From NCBI RefSeq assembly GCF_009914755.1, contig NC_060926.1: 64,000 bases of DNA. One strand, 5' to 3'. The first letter of the stretch is position 1. Every line of letters starts with the position of its first letter. The translations under genes and the position numbers were made by a program. Positions 45,414 through 59,236 of the stretch are shown in pieces. The notes under the pieces are model-generated. The model had not been told where the DNA came from, made no database searches, and saw only the letters and a list, made by a program, of their open reading frames with translations. The stretch is from the human T2T-CHM13v2.0 reference genome, Homo sapiens.

Positions 45414-45467
45414 AACAAGGAAGTGGTCATGTGTCTTCCCTCTCCTCTCCCCAGAGTTGGTACATAA
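45414..45467 (+). promoter_or_regulatory. Core promoter of copy 2: ETS-core element and variant TATA (TACATAA)
   Basis: aacaaggaagtggtcatgtg is identical to copy 4. TACATAA at 45461-45467 sits where copies 3 and 4 have TATATAA. Confidence 0.75.
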
Positions 45468-45553
45468 GGGCCTCCCCCAGCAGAAGGAGGCATCAGACCT
45501 CCTCACCTCTCCTGAGTCCTCCTCACTTCACCTGAGTCCTCTCTACTGACACC

Positions 45554-45880
45554 ATGGGTTGCTGTGGTTGTGGAGGTTGTGGTGGCTGCGGTGGCCGCTG
45601 TGGTGGCTGCGGTGGTGGCTGTGGTGGTGGCTGTGGTGGTGGCTGCGGTGGTGGCTGCGGTGGTGGCTGTGGTGGTAGCTGTGGCAGCTGCACCACCTGC
45701 AGGTGCTACCGGGTGGGCTGCTGCTCCAGCTGCTGCCCCTGCTGCCGTGGCTGCTGTGGAGGCTGCTGCAGCACTCCCGTGATCTGTTGCTGCCGCCGCA
45801 CCTGCCACTCATGTGGCTGTGGCTGTGGGAAGGGCTGTTGCCAGCAGAAATGCTGCTGCCAGAAGCAATGCTGCTGCTAG
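45554..45880 (+). CDS. SCYGR2: Small Cys/Gly-repeat protein (KRTAP28-like), 108 aa, single exon
   Basis: Intact ORF, 41/108 Cys, GGGC repeats, Kozak gacaccATGG, three paralogs in the window. Symbol number from recall. Confidence 0.92.
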   Translation: MGCCGCGGCGGCGGRCGGCGGGCGGGCGGGCGGGCGGGCGGSCGSCTTCRCYRVGCCSSCCPCCRGCCGGCCSTPVICCCRRTCHSCGCGCGKGCCQQKCCCQKQCCC

Positions 45881-46291
45881 GTGGCCGGCCTGGTTCCACC
45901 CCTGCCCAGGAGCTGTGGGAACCCTCACTGTCTCCTGCTGGCAAGGCTCTGCTTAACCCCATTCTGTCTAATCCTTTTTCTAACCTATCTGTCACCAGCA
46001 GATCCCCTTGGCTTCTGCCTCATGTGCCTTGTGCTTTGTCCTTCTGGGATCTTCCTTTGCCCACACACGGCACCAACTTGCCCAGACCACACAATGTGAA
46101 ACAAACGGGCAACCGAGCAGCCGGTGATAACCAGATAAAGTCAGAGCCAACCAGGAAACTTAGTACTTTATTATTTTGTAATGTTCAATCTTTCCTAAAT
46201 AGTCAGTCCTGGATTTCACCATTTTTCTGTTCACTGTCTGTGTGCAATCTTTTCCATTGCTTTTGTCTATATTTGCTCTTTAAAATTTCCC

Positions 46292-46297
46292 AGTAAA
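46292..46297 (+). terminator. Variant poly(A) signal AGTAAA of copy 2
   Basis: Context aaatttcccAGTAAAatga aligns with copy 3 aaatttcctAATAAAataa at a similar distance from the stop. Confidence 0.55.
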
Positions 46298-46616
46298 ATG
46301 ACTTGGTATGTCACAAAAATCTCTTCATTAGTCATTTTTTTTTTTAATCGGTTCCTTCGTCGGCTTATCCATCCCTGTGCTGTGAGTCCAGTTCTGGCCC
46401 TCACACTCCTGCAACCTCCTGAAGCTGGCCATGGGCCCAGCCGCTGAACTTGTAGCTGTTGATCAGAGAGGCACAGAGCTCCCTGTGCTGCTGCTCTGAC
46501 ATGATGTCTTACCTGTGGGGTCTGTGTACTCGGACTCTCCCAAGGATTTTCTAGGGTGGGATGAGGGTGGTGCGAATTGATGGTGGTGATAGGTCTCTGT
46601 TTCTCCTTGAAATTTA

Positions 46617-46912
<296 letters not shown>

Positions 46913-47117
46913 ATTATGTAGGAAATGAAAAATGAGCCCCAAAGGAGGGGGGAATGGATGTAGCCTCTACCTTGCTGTGCTCAGTGGTTTCTGAAAAGAC
47001 TGGAAAGTGTTTGCCAGGACAAGGAGGTTGAGCACTGTGGGGGGTGGGGCAGTTCCATGTAGCTCATGTCCTTGCTGGTGTTCTCGGCATGGCCTCCGAG
47101 ACCACTACTAGGCATCA

Positions 47118-47440
<323 letters not shown>

Positions 47441-47661
47441 GGAAAGTCATTCTAACCCTGGTTATGGCAACGAAACAGATTCCACTTAGGAGGGAGGTTG
47501 GCTACAAAAGCTTAGAGAAGTGTCATGCTCATTCAAGGTGGGAGAAAGAACAAACTCGCCAAACTCGTATTAGATTGGAGCTCACCACAGTGTACCAGGC
47601 CCAAGGCAGTTTGCTTGCACTCAAAAATCTTTTTTTGACTAAATGTTCTTCATGATCTAGA

Positions 47662-47873
47662 CTACGCTTTGGCAATTTTTTCTGTGAAGTATCAGATGTA
47701 AATATTTTCAGCCTTGCAGGCCACATGATTTGTTGCAACTTGTCAACTCAGCCATTCTACCTTTAAAACAGCCACTGACAACAATTAAATGTGTAAGTGG
47801 CTGTGTTCCAAGAAAATATTGTGTACAAAAGCAGGTGGCAGGCCAAAAGTGGGCATCAGTTTGTTGACCCCTG
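47662..47873. mobile_element. MER58A-like hAT MITE
   Basis: gtaaatattttcagccttgcaggccaca...gtggctgtgttcca...agtttgttgacccctg. Confidence 0.75.
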
Positions 47874-48354
47874 GTCTTGACATTGAACGGTGAAGATGAG
47901 TGCAATGTTGCACAGTGGTTAAGAGGGCTGGCTCTGAGGTCAGCCTGCCTGGGCCTGTTTTCCAACTCTCCAATTTAACAGTATATGCTTTGCAAAGTTA
48001 TTTCAAGAATTAAATCAAATGATACATGTAAAATACCTAGAATTGTGCCCGCAACATTAGAAGAGCTCAAAAAGATTTCTACAGAGAACCAGAAAGGTTT
48101 AAGCATTGTGGAAGTACTCGTAATATAGATTTGACTTTCTTAGCGACTGGGGGAACATGTTCTCTGTGCTCCAATGTCCTGGTAGACCCTGATCTTGGCA
48201 GGACCACGTGAGGCGCCAGAGCTCTTTCAGGGAGTTGGTTCTCCTCTCCTTCCTCAGGGTTCAGCTCAGATCTCATTTCCCTCCATAGACAGGGCCTGCG
48301 ACTGCTCTCCCAGTGACCAATGGGCCCCTCACATATCTTTAGCAAAACTTTTTC

Positions 48355-48703
<349 letters not shown>

Positions 48704-49809
48704 TCAGCCTATGAGAACCATTTCCTTTTTCCGTTTCCTCGTTTCCCATCTTTATCTTCCCGAGTTCATGCACACACGTGCCGCTTTGAGGCTGTCTCAG
48801 TCACCTTCGTAGATCATCCCTCTCACTCCCACCCATGCCCAGCGCCCAGCACAACACCTGGCAAAGAAGCGTGCAGCACGGTGTGATTGTTCTGTCGGCA
48901 AAGAATAACAGGACACATGTTCAGCTTGTGTTTCTGTTGTTGACTGTAATCGCTTTGGGGAATTATCTTTATTGTATCCATTACTGTAATATAGTACGAT
49001 GAACAAGAATTTCAAGAAGACTGTTGGCATTTGAGAATTTTTAATGGGAATGAAGTTCTCTAAAGCCATCTAACTGACCCATCTCTAGGTTTTCTTTTTT
49101 AATTTGATCCTACAAGCTGCTGTCAGATATATCTTCCTGAAATGCTATATATTCATTTTTTATTGTGCTATATAATTCACTTGCAAAAGAAACATCAAAG
49201 TCTTCACAGTCTAAAGTTCATAACTACTCTCAAATTTTATTTCCAGCTTAAATATCTATTAACTTCATTGGATAAACTTTCTACTGTAGGTAAATTGCTT
49301 TCCTTCCTGTTTCCTGAATAAGTCTTCTATTTTCCCTTAACAACGTGTAGCCTACGTTAAAATTCTAATAATAACTAACATTTATTGAGTGATTACTATG
49401 TCCCAAGCCCTATTCTATGTGTTTTATATGTGTTATCACATTTCCATTTCATAGTAACCCTATGATATACATACTATTTTTCCATCAGGGAATTCAGGTA
49501 TAAAAAGATCAGGTCACATCTTTCTAGAAGCAGAGGATCAGTTTACATAGGATAATCCCAGACTGCACTGCACCATACCCTCTACCCTCTGCTTCTCCTT
49601 CCTCTCCACCTATTCAAGTCCAGTTTTCCATTCAAGAAGGCTCTGCCTTCTTCATAAAACCTCCCTTTCTTCTATCTAATTGGAAGTAATTTGTCTCTTC
49701 TCTTGTAAGTCTTGATATTCACCAGCAACTACTTTGAGACAACTCTTATTGGGCTATTAGTTAAATCTTTTTTCTTCCTTACTTTTCCCAATTATTTCTT
49801 CTCATCTCT

Positions 49810-50141
<332 letters not shown>

Positions 50142-50802
50142 TAATTTGAAGTAATTTAGACATATATATCTTTATATCACCTGTATTGCCTTGCACATTA
50201 CAAGGTTTCAGCAAATGCTTGTTGATTAGGTTTGATTTTGCTCAAATGTTTATCTTTCACAATAGGATTACAAGCAGGAAGTTAATGGATAGATGCACTG
50301 AATAGCATCCTCTATTTAGGACAGCAACACCTGGTTATATTTAACTGGCATGCTTATGCACTTGAGCCATGCTTTATGTAGGAACTTATGCTACTGACTA
50401 ATAGGTCACATATTTGAATCCCCTGTGGTTTCCAATGACCTGGATTTTACAGGTTGGCTGATTGGGGCTTGGGACCACTGTGTATCCCCAAGAAGCCGAG
50501 CAGAGCTGCCTGCCTGTATGTAGGTGAATCTGAATGCAAATACACTTTGAATGAGTTCTAGTTATTGCCCAATATAATTTTTTTTCTAATTTTGGTTTAA
50601 AAGTTCAAGAAAAGCAAAGAACCTATTAGATGGTATCTGTGATCTGTGTAGGAGTCTAGTCTAGTCTTTGGGTAATTAGTCTTTGGGATTCCTCTTATAA
50701 TGGAAGGCATTATTGTTAGTATTAAATACGGTGGTGGGCAATATATCCATGCAACAAACCTACACATGTACCCCCTACATCTAAAATTAAAAATATGTGC
50801 AT

Positions 50803-50905
50803 GGGGCTGAGGCAGGAGAATCGCTTGAACCTGGGAGGCGGAGGTTGCAGTGAGCCAAGATTGTGCCATTGCGCTCCAGCCTGGGCAACAAGAGCAAAAA
50901 TCTGT

Positions 50906-50970
<65 letters not shown>

Positions 50971-51095
50971 GACACACACACAGACACACACATATATATA
51001 CACACACACATATACATATATATGTGTGTATATATATGTATATACACGCATATTTATACAACATATAACATATATATTATATATGTATATATGTG
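50803..51095 (+). repeat. Truncated Alu arm running into a compound (TA)n(CA)n microsatellite
   Basis: Alu 3' arm 50803-50907, then ~190 bp of alternating purine-pyrimidine repeat. Confidence 0.92.
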
Positions 51096-51765
51096 TGGTG
51101 GTCCAGGATTCACCAGAATGTTGGAGTGCCCTGAGTCCAGATTTCTTCAACCTCTGTCTACCTTTTCTCAACTTAACCCATCCAATCCATCATCTCTTTG
51201 GCTCTGTGAAGTGTCCCTAATGGACATCCTTTTGCCACATCCATTGATGTTTATTTTTCCTCTAGGGCAGTGTAGCAGTGTACAGAACCCTTCTTTCCTT
51301 TCCTATAAGAAGGAAAGGGAAGCAGATTACTTTTTTTTTCTTAAATAAGCGTGCTCTCCCACTACTTACAAAATATAGAAAAAGTACACAGTTACAATGT
51401 TCAAGGTACAAACAAATAATTCAATTTTGTTTACAGAAAACAAGAAACTTTAAATTGTTGTTAATCCATTCGATATTAATTCAGTCAAGAGCAGAGCCTC
51501 TGAATGGCAATTTCCACATTACTGTGATACTTGTTCATACCTCATTAATTATCTGAATACCTAGTTTGAAAGTTGGCTGTGGGGGTGGGGAAACCTAATG
51601 AAACAATTCTCGCTACTTGACTTGTAATAAATACACTTTCTAGCACGTTCACTGCATGTAGAAATTTACATTTTGACCTAATTGTATTGAGCATTGGTAG
51701 GAAAACAGTGAGCAGTTGCAAGTAGGTGATTCCCGACTACTCCTCATATTTCCCTGTCTCCAATC

Positions 51766-52051
<286 letters not shown>

Positions 52052-52867
52052 CCCTGTCTCCAATCTTTACTGAAGCCCTTTCCTGTGATAGACAGTCCCT
52101 GTCAGAGTTCCTCCCATTCCCCTTCTCCCACAGACACTCAGACTTGATTTATTTTTCCCCACACATCTAAGAAAGTCATTCGGTAGGGTTCTTGTTGCAG
52201 GTGCTTTTATTGGAATCTCTTTTCATGCATTTCTTATCAGACCGGGAGCTTGTGGATTCATCTTGTTAAGTCCTCACAGTGTGCCCTGCGGAGCCACTTT
52301 CTCCTAAGAGGAGGACAATCCAACAACTGTTTGTTAAATTGACTACACTGCTCCCTGCAAGTTTATATGATGGGAAAGTATTACGGTGCATCAAAGTAGA
52401 GGTTCATGGGCCTCTTTAAGTAAAAACAGACAAATCCTGGAGATTAGAACGTTGGAAAGAAATGTATACCAGGTGAAGGCATGGAAGAAATGCTTGTTTA
52501 ATGTGTATTTTACAATATGGTTATTGAAGCAATTTAACTGTTCTGTCTTTAATCTGGAATATTGGAAAAAATTACCAAACATTGGCAGGAAATTATTACA
52601 TTCCAAAATTTGAGGGAAAAATATGAACCAAAAACTAACTATTTTACACAGGGGCTCATCCTTGAAACGTGGTACCTGAAGCCAACTAAGTATAGGCAGG
52701 ACTTAGAGGGCTGTACAACAGAACCACAGTATTGAACCACTTCATTATCTTTCTGGATTGAAAAGTAGTACGCAGTTGCACTCTCGAAAAAGTAATCTTT
52801 AAGACTTCTTGTACAGTAACTAAAAATTAATCTGAAGAAAGGTCAGTGTTAAAGATCTAGCTCATAT

Positions 52868-53176
<309 letters not shown>

Positions 53177-53185
53177 TTATTCCAG

Positions 53186-54360
53186 GGTATTATTATTCAG
53201 AGTTCTCCTGAGAAACGGAACCAGTAGGAAACATGAATAGATAAATGAGATTTATTATGGGAATTGGCTCATGTGATTATGGATGCCAAGAAGTCCCATG
53301 ATCTGCTCTCTGCCAGGAAAGCCAGTGGTGCAATTCAGTCCAAATCAGAAGGGCTGAGAACAAGGGCAGCCAATGCTGTAAGTCCCAATCAGAGTCCAAT
53401 TGAAACTCAAGAACCAGGGTGCTGATGTCTGAGAGCAGGAGATGGATGTTCTAGCTTAAGAGGAGGGAGAGAGAATTCCCCTCACTCTATCTTTTGTTCT
53501 ATTTGGGCCCTTAATGGACTGGATGATGCCTTAGTCCATTTTTTTTGTTGCTATAACAGAATACCTGAGACTGGGTAATTTATAAAGAACAGAAATTTAT
53601 TCTCTTACAGTTTGGCTGGGAAGTCCAAGATTAAAGCACTGGCATCTGGTGAGGCCTTTCTGCAGCTTCGCATGATAGAAGGCAAAAGGGCAAGAGAGAG
53701 ATAAACTATGTGTCCTCTCTTGGCAGAAGAGCAGAAGAGGGTGAACTCACTCTCACAGGCCCCCCTTTTTTTTTCTTTTTGAGATGGAGTCTGGCTCTGT
53801 CACCCAGGCTGGAGTGTGATCTGGGCTCACTGCAACCTCCAACTCCCAGGTTCAAGTGATTCTCCTGACTCAGCCTCCTGAGTAGCTATTACAGGCACCC
53901 ACCACCATGCCTGGCTAATTTTTGTACTGTTAGTAGAGATGGGGGTTTCACCATGTTGGCCAGGCTGGTCTCGAACTCCTGACCTAAAGTGATCCACCCA
54001 CCTTGGCCTCCCAAAGTGTTAGGATTACAGGCATGAGCCACCACACACGGCCTCACAGGCCTCTGTTTATAGTGGTATTAGTTCCTTCATGAGGGCAGAG
54101 TCCTCACGATCTAAACACCTCCCATTAGGCCCCACCTTCCAACACTATTGCATTGGAATTATTTCCAACACGTGACTTTTGGGGAGCACGTTCAGACCAT
54201 AGCAATGCCCACGGTGAAGGTGATCTTCTTTACTCAGTCCACTGATTCAAATGCTAATATCTTTTAGAAATACCCTAACAGACATATCCAGAAATAATGT
54301 TTACCAGCTATCTGGACATCTCTTAACCCAGTCAGGTTGACACATAAAATTTACCATCAT
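53186..54360. mobile_element. MLT2-type (ERVL) LTR containing a nested MaLR LTR (53531-54204), which contains an Alu (53766-54052)
   Basis: MLT2 motifs ggaattggctcatgtgattatgg and gttgacacataaaatt; TSD ATGCC around the inner LTR; TSD tcacaggcc around the Alu. Confidence 0.82.
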
Positions 54361-55267
54361 GCAGGGGAATCAGAGTTCCTCCAACTCTGGGGCCTGCGGG
54401 GACCTGAGAGGACTCTTGGGTTCTCCTTGTCTTGTGCTCCTTGGCATGGCCTGGGGTGAGTGATAAGAGCACTATATTCTGAGAACAGATACGCAGGGCT
54501 AGAACCTGTAGATTTCATTGATGGCCTTCACTATTCTATTTTTCATTTTCATTTTTCCTTTGACAGGAAAGAGTAGTCTGCATAGGGATGGCCAATTGGA
54601 ACTAATCATTTCAAGTCAGCATTCCATGGGGGACTGGTCCAGGATCAACCAGGCTCCAGGGGACTGCCAGAAACATGCCTTCAGCATTATCCTCCTTTCT
54701 TAACAGGCTGATGATAACAGAAGCCTCTTTGAGTTTGGAAAGTGACTTGGAAACGTTCTGCTCAGGATATGCTTTTATCATCTGCACAACACGAAGGATG
54801 CCCTGTCATAACCCTTGATAATGCAGGATCCCCTCTTCTCTGAATCAGAGAGTCCTGACTCATGTTACAGGGCTAGCAAATGGCCGAGGAGCTCTGCCTG
54901 GGGAAGACAAAATAACATAACCTGAGACCACTCTTTCCTTTTCCATATTCAAAGTGCTCTCCTCCATCTAAAGGGATGTTTTGCAAATTAATAAATAGTT
55001 ACAAATAACGTAGGAATGAAAAAATCTTTGTCCTGGGCTGATACAATGGAGATATGTACAATAGCTAAGGGAAATTGTAACCCCACTCTGACTTTTCCAA
55101 TCACCAAAAAAAAAAAAAAAAAAAAAAGGGAGTTGTTAGATGTTTACTATTCTATATTATAGATGGCTTTAAAAAAACAAGTGAAAGCTAAATTTAGCAA
55201 ATTTTTGAAGTCAGAAGGACCCATTAAGGAAGTGTACAAAAGGCCATGTGAGATTCTGCTTTGGATA

Positions 55268-55346
55268 TTTGCCAAAGGGAAGTGGCAACAACAGAGAAGT
55301 GGCATTGAGTCTTAGGTCAATATTCTCCCCCAGAGTTAGTATATAA
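55268..55346 (+). promoter_or_regulatory. Core promoter of copy 3: GGAAGT element and TATATAA
   Basis: tttgccaaagggaagtggcaacaacagagaagtggc...ccccagagttagTATATAAg (55340-55346). Confidence 0.72.
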
Positions 55347-55437
55347 GCTCCACCCCCAGCAGAAAGAGGCATCGTATCTCCCTCACCTCTCCTGAGTCCT
55401 CTCTTCTCACTTCACCTGAGATTTCTCTACTGACGCC

Positions 55438-55755
55438 ATGGGTTGCTGTGGTTGTGGTGGCTGCGGTGGCCGCTGCAGTGGTGGCTGTGGTGGTGGCTGT
55501 GGTGGTGGCTGCGGTGGTGGCTGCGGTGGTGGCTGTGGTGGCTGTGGTGGTGGCTGTGGCAGCTACACCACCTGCAGGTAGTACCGGGTGGGCTGCTGCT
55601 CCAGCTGCTGCCCCTGCTGCCGCGGCTGCTGTGGGGGCTGCTGCAGCACACCTGTGATCTGCTGCTGCCGCCGCACCTGCCGCTCATGTGGCTGCGGCTG
55701 TGGGAAGAGCTGTTGCCAGCAGAAGTGCTGCTGCCAGAAGCAATGCTGCTGTTAG
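55438..55755 (+). pseudogene. SCYGR10: Small Cys/Gly-repeat gene copy 3; 105-codon frame with premature TAG at codon 48 (55579-55581)
   Basis: Manual translation MGCCGCGGCGGRCSGGC...GSYTTCR*YRVGCCSSCCPCC...QQKCCCQKQCCC*. Kozak gccATGG. Symbol number from recall. Confidence 0.88.
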
Positions 55756-56150
55756 GTGGGCTGGCCTGGCCTCCGTCCTGTGGCAGGATATGCTGGGGAC
55801 TTTCCTTCACCCCATTCACCTGCCTTACCCATCCTCTGGGTATCCTAGCACTTATGCTCTTGGACTGTAACTTTGCTCCTGTATTCTGGGTTCGTGTATT
55901 TTCTGCTTTGGGTGTTTCCAGTCTGCCTACGTGAAAAGTTTCCTCTCTAATATCAAGCAGCCAAAACAAAGACACAAGGACAACCTACCTCTTCAGGAAG
56001 AGTCCACATCACTGAGCTCAATCAAAGAGGATCATGATTCCCAACAGACTTTTTGATGTATATGATCATTTCATTTCCATTAGTGTGCTTTTCTCTGCTC
56101 CTTTTCTATCTTGTATTCCTATTTGTCAATAGCTACTTTCTAAATTTCCT

Positions 56151-56156
56151 AATAAA
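56151..56156 (+). terminator. Poly(A) signal of copy 3
   Basis: AATAAA ~395 nt after the natural stop; downstream T-rich tract. Confidence 0.65.
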
Positions 56157-56420
56157 ATAAAAATATATTATTAAAAGTTTATCTTTGCATTTTTTTTTTG
56201 GTTTGAACATATCTCACATTCTAGAAAATCTTAATCTCTCTTAGAAAGCCTTTGGTGGATGCGCAGTGATCGTGGAGCAAGTTAAAGACCCTGAGAGTAG
56301 CTTCCTGCCTCTGTTGTTTGTGCCCTCTAGTTACCAAACAGAATACTTGAATGTCCAGCTTCTCTCTACAGTTCGTATTCAATTTTGAGATGTGAGGTTC
56401 CTTTAAAAATAGACAAGCTG

Positions 56421-56698
56421 GGCCAGGCGCAGTGGCTCACATCTGTAATCCTAGCACTTTGGGAGGTCGAGGCGGGCAGATCACCTGAGGTTGGGAGTTC
56501 AAGACCAGCCTGGCCAACATGGCAAAACCCCATCTCTACTAAAAATACAAAAAAATTAGCCGGGCGTGGTGGCGCACACCTGTAATCCCAGCTACTCAGG
56601 AGGCTGAGGCAGGAGAATCGCTTGAACTCTGGAGACAGAGGTTGTAGTGAGCCGAGATTGTGCTACTGCACTCCAGCCTGGGCCACAGAGCGAGACTC

Positions 56699-56729
<31 letters not shown>
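56421..56729 (+). mobile_element. AluS
   Basis: Full dimer, long pure A tail; TSD agacaagct. Confidence 0.93.
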
Positions 56730-57519
56730 GACAAGCTTCCTGAATGCATTCAAAATCCTGTTTTATTTACAAAGAACTAATTCAAACAAATTCTCAGAAA
56801 CACACCTATTTTCAAAATGCAGGTGATTACATTTGCTTTAGTTTTCCATCTGCTGGGGCCATTTACTCCTTGCCTGGAGGGCAGAGTCCCATCCTTTCTT
56901 AGAAGCCTAATTTTTACCACCCCCCACCACACCATAAGTTCAGCCAACAGTGCACATTTAGAACTGTGGTATTATCGATTTCACTTTCACATTTCCCCAA
57001 CCACAGAATTAATGCCATCAGGTTGTACTGAATGTGTAGGCATTGATGAACATTGGATTTGGGATATATCTTAGCCCTCCTGGATTTCTTGTATCCACCT
57101 TCGGCCCCACTTCTTATTTTCAAGTCAATTGCTATTTGCTTTTCTGTCTAAATTAATTTAACTGTGATTGGAGTATTGTTAAGGCTTATGGTTTCTTTCT
57201 AATTCATTTCAGATATTACTTAATAACAAACTGTGATTTATGTTTTTGTTCATTTCTTCTATTTTTTTTTTGAATTCATAAGCCTAAGGGGCCTTGAGAT
57301 TAGAATAATCTAATCTGTGTCCTTTTGCCAGGCGAGTGAGTCCATTTCTGATAGAAAGACCATTTTTGTGTGTATAGGATCTATGGTGTTTTTTATACCT
57401 AGAGAGAAAAGTAGATAATAATTAGATAATCCTCAATAATCATATTCACTTGGAAGGTATAAATTGAAAGGCAAATGATGTTTTATGACGCAGACTATGA
57501 GTAGTCTATAAAAGCATTA

Positions 57520-57927
<408 letters not shown>

Positions 57928-58921
57928 TCAGAGATGGAGCAAGTCCTGCTGTGGACTGTCTTTGGGATGGGATGCATTGTGCACAAAGAATTATAATCCT
58001 AGGCAAAGAGTGGTATTTGCCATGGTATCCCTGTCAGAGGTGGGAAGCTAGTTCCCCTGAAACCATCTAGAATGGCTTCAGAGCACCGAATCTTGTGGCT
58101 TCTTGTTCTCTGTGGACTTTTCATTACATGCTCCCTCCCTCACACTTGGTCTGTTTAGGGCAGTGCTGGAGAGAGTTTCGGCTGAAGCCTGTGCAGTTGG
58201 ATGGCAGAGGCCATGGCCCGCAGGGTGAATGAAGGTCAGCCCGCATGTCTGTACGGTAAGTTTCCTCATCCCTGGGTCCCAAGGCTCTAGTTTCTCAGAT
58301 GGACTTAATACTGAAAAAAGAAAAAAAGATAGTCAGAATTTAAAGAAGATATTTCTGTAGTTCGATTGTGCCCAACAAATTGTTTTCATTTTTCAATCTG
58401 CTAGTATTCTCACTTGCTTTGCAAATCCCTATAAGCCCTGCCTATAAATTCCCCTACAGTAGGGGATAGTTGACTACATTTGTGCTAATTATTCAGACAG
58501 CCTAAAGCAAGACTCCAACTCACAATTGGATTACAGGGAGGTACCTACAGCCACTCCTCTGCGGGGGTGAGATGCAGACAGGTGCCCCCAGTGCACTGCA
58601 TTGTAAGTTTTGCGCATCTCTCCCAGGTGAGCCCCAGCGTGGTATGTTTAGCCCCTGCCACAGGTTCACCTCCCTGTCCTCCCCTGACTGAGACCCAGTA
58701 ACATTCAGATGCACTGATGGACACCCCTGCACCTCTTGCTCATATATTCCACCCTGACACCCGTGAGCAAGCCTATGGGTCCTTTCTCCCTGTCTGCCTG
58801 GCTGAGACCACTCCCCCGGTGCTGCCTCCCATGTGACCCCCTCTTGGCATGCAGTGACTCCATCTCTTTAGGACCTGTGATGGGAATACACTGTTTTCCT
58901 GAACCTATCCTTTGTCTCTTC

Positions 58922-59236
58922 TTTTTATTTATTTATTTAATTAATTTTTGAGATAAAGTCTCGCTCTGTTGCCCAGGCTGGAGTGCAGTGGCACGATCTT
59001 GGCTCACTGCAACCTCCACCTCACGGGTTCAAGTAATTCTCTGTCTCAGCTTCCCGAGTAGTTGGGACTACAGGCACATGCCACTGTGCCCAGCTAATTT
59101 TTGTATATATATTTTTAGTAGAGTTGGGGTTTCACCATATTGGTCAGGCTGGTCTTGAACTACTGACCTCAGGTGATCCAACCACCTCGGCCTCACAAAG
59201 TGCTACGATTACAAGCATGAGCCACCGTGCCCAGCC
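58922..59236 (-). mobile_element. AluS
   Basis: Reverse Alu; cctttgYctcttctt on the flanks. Confidence 0.92.

Noticed and set aside
45575-45683. CRISPR-like or other prokaryotic array
   Set aside because: Eukaryotic DNA; the repeats are contiguous codon-phase units with no unique spacers.
45703-46296. 197-aa ORF, the longest in the window
   Set aside because: Non-ATG start inside the copy 2 CDS in a shifted frame, running through a 3'UTR that is not conserved among paralogs.
50597-51348. Six long ORFs rich in YI/HT/CV
   Set aside because: Artefacts of dinucleotide microsatellite plus Alu.
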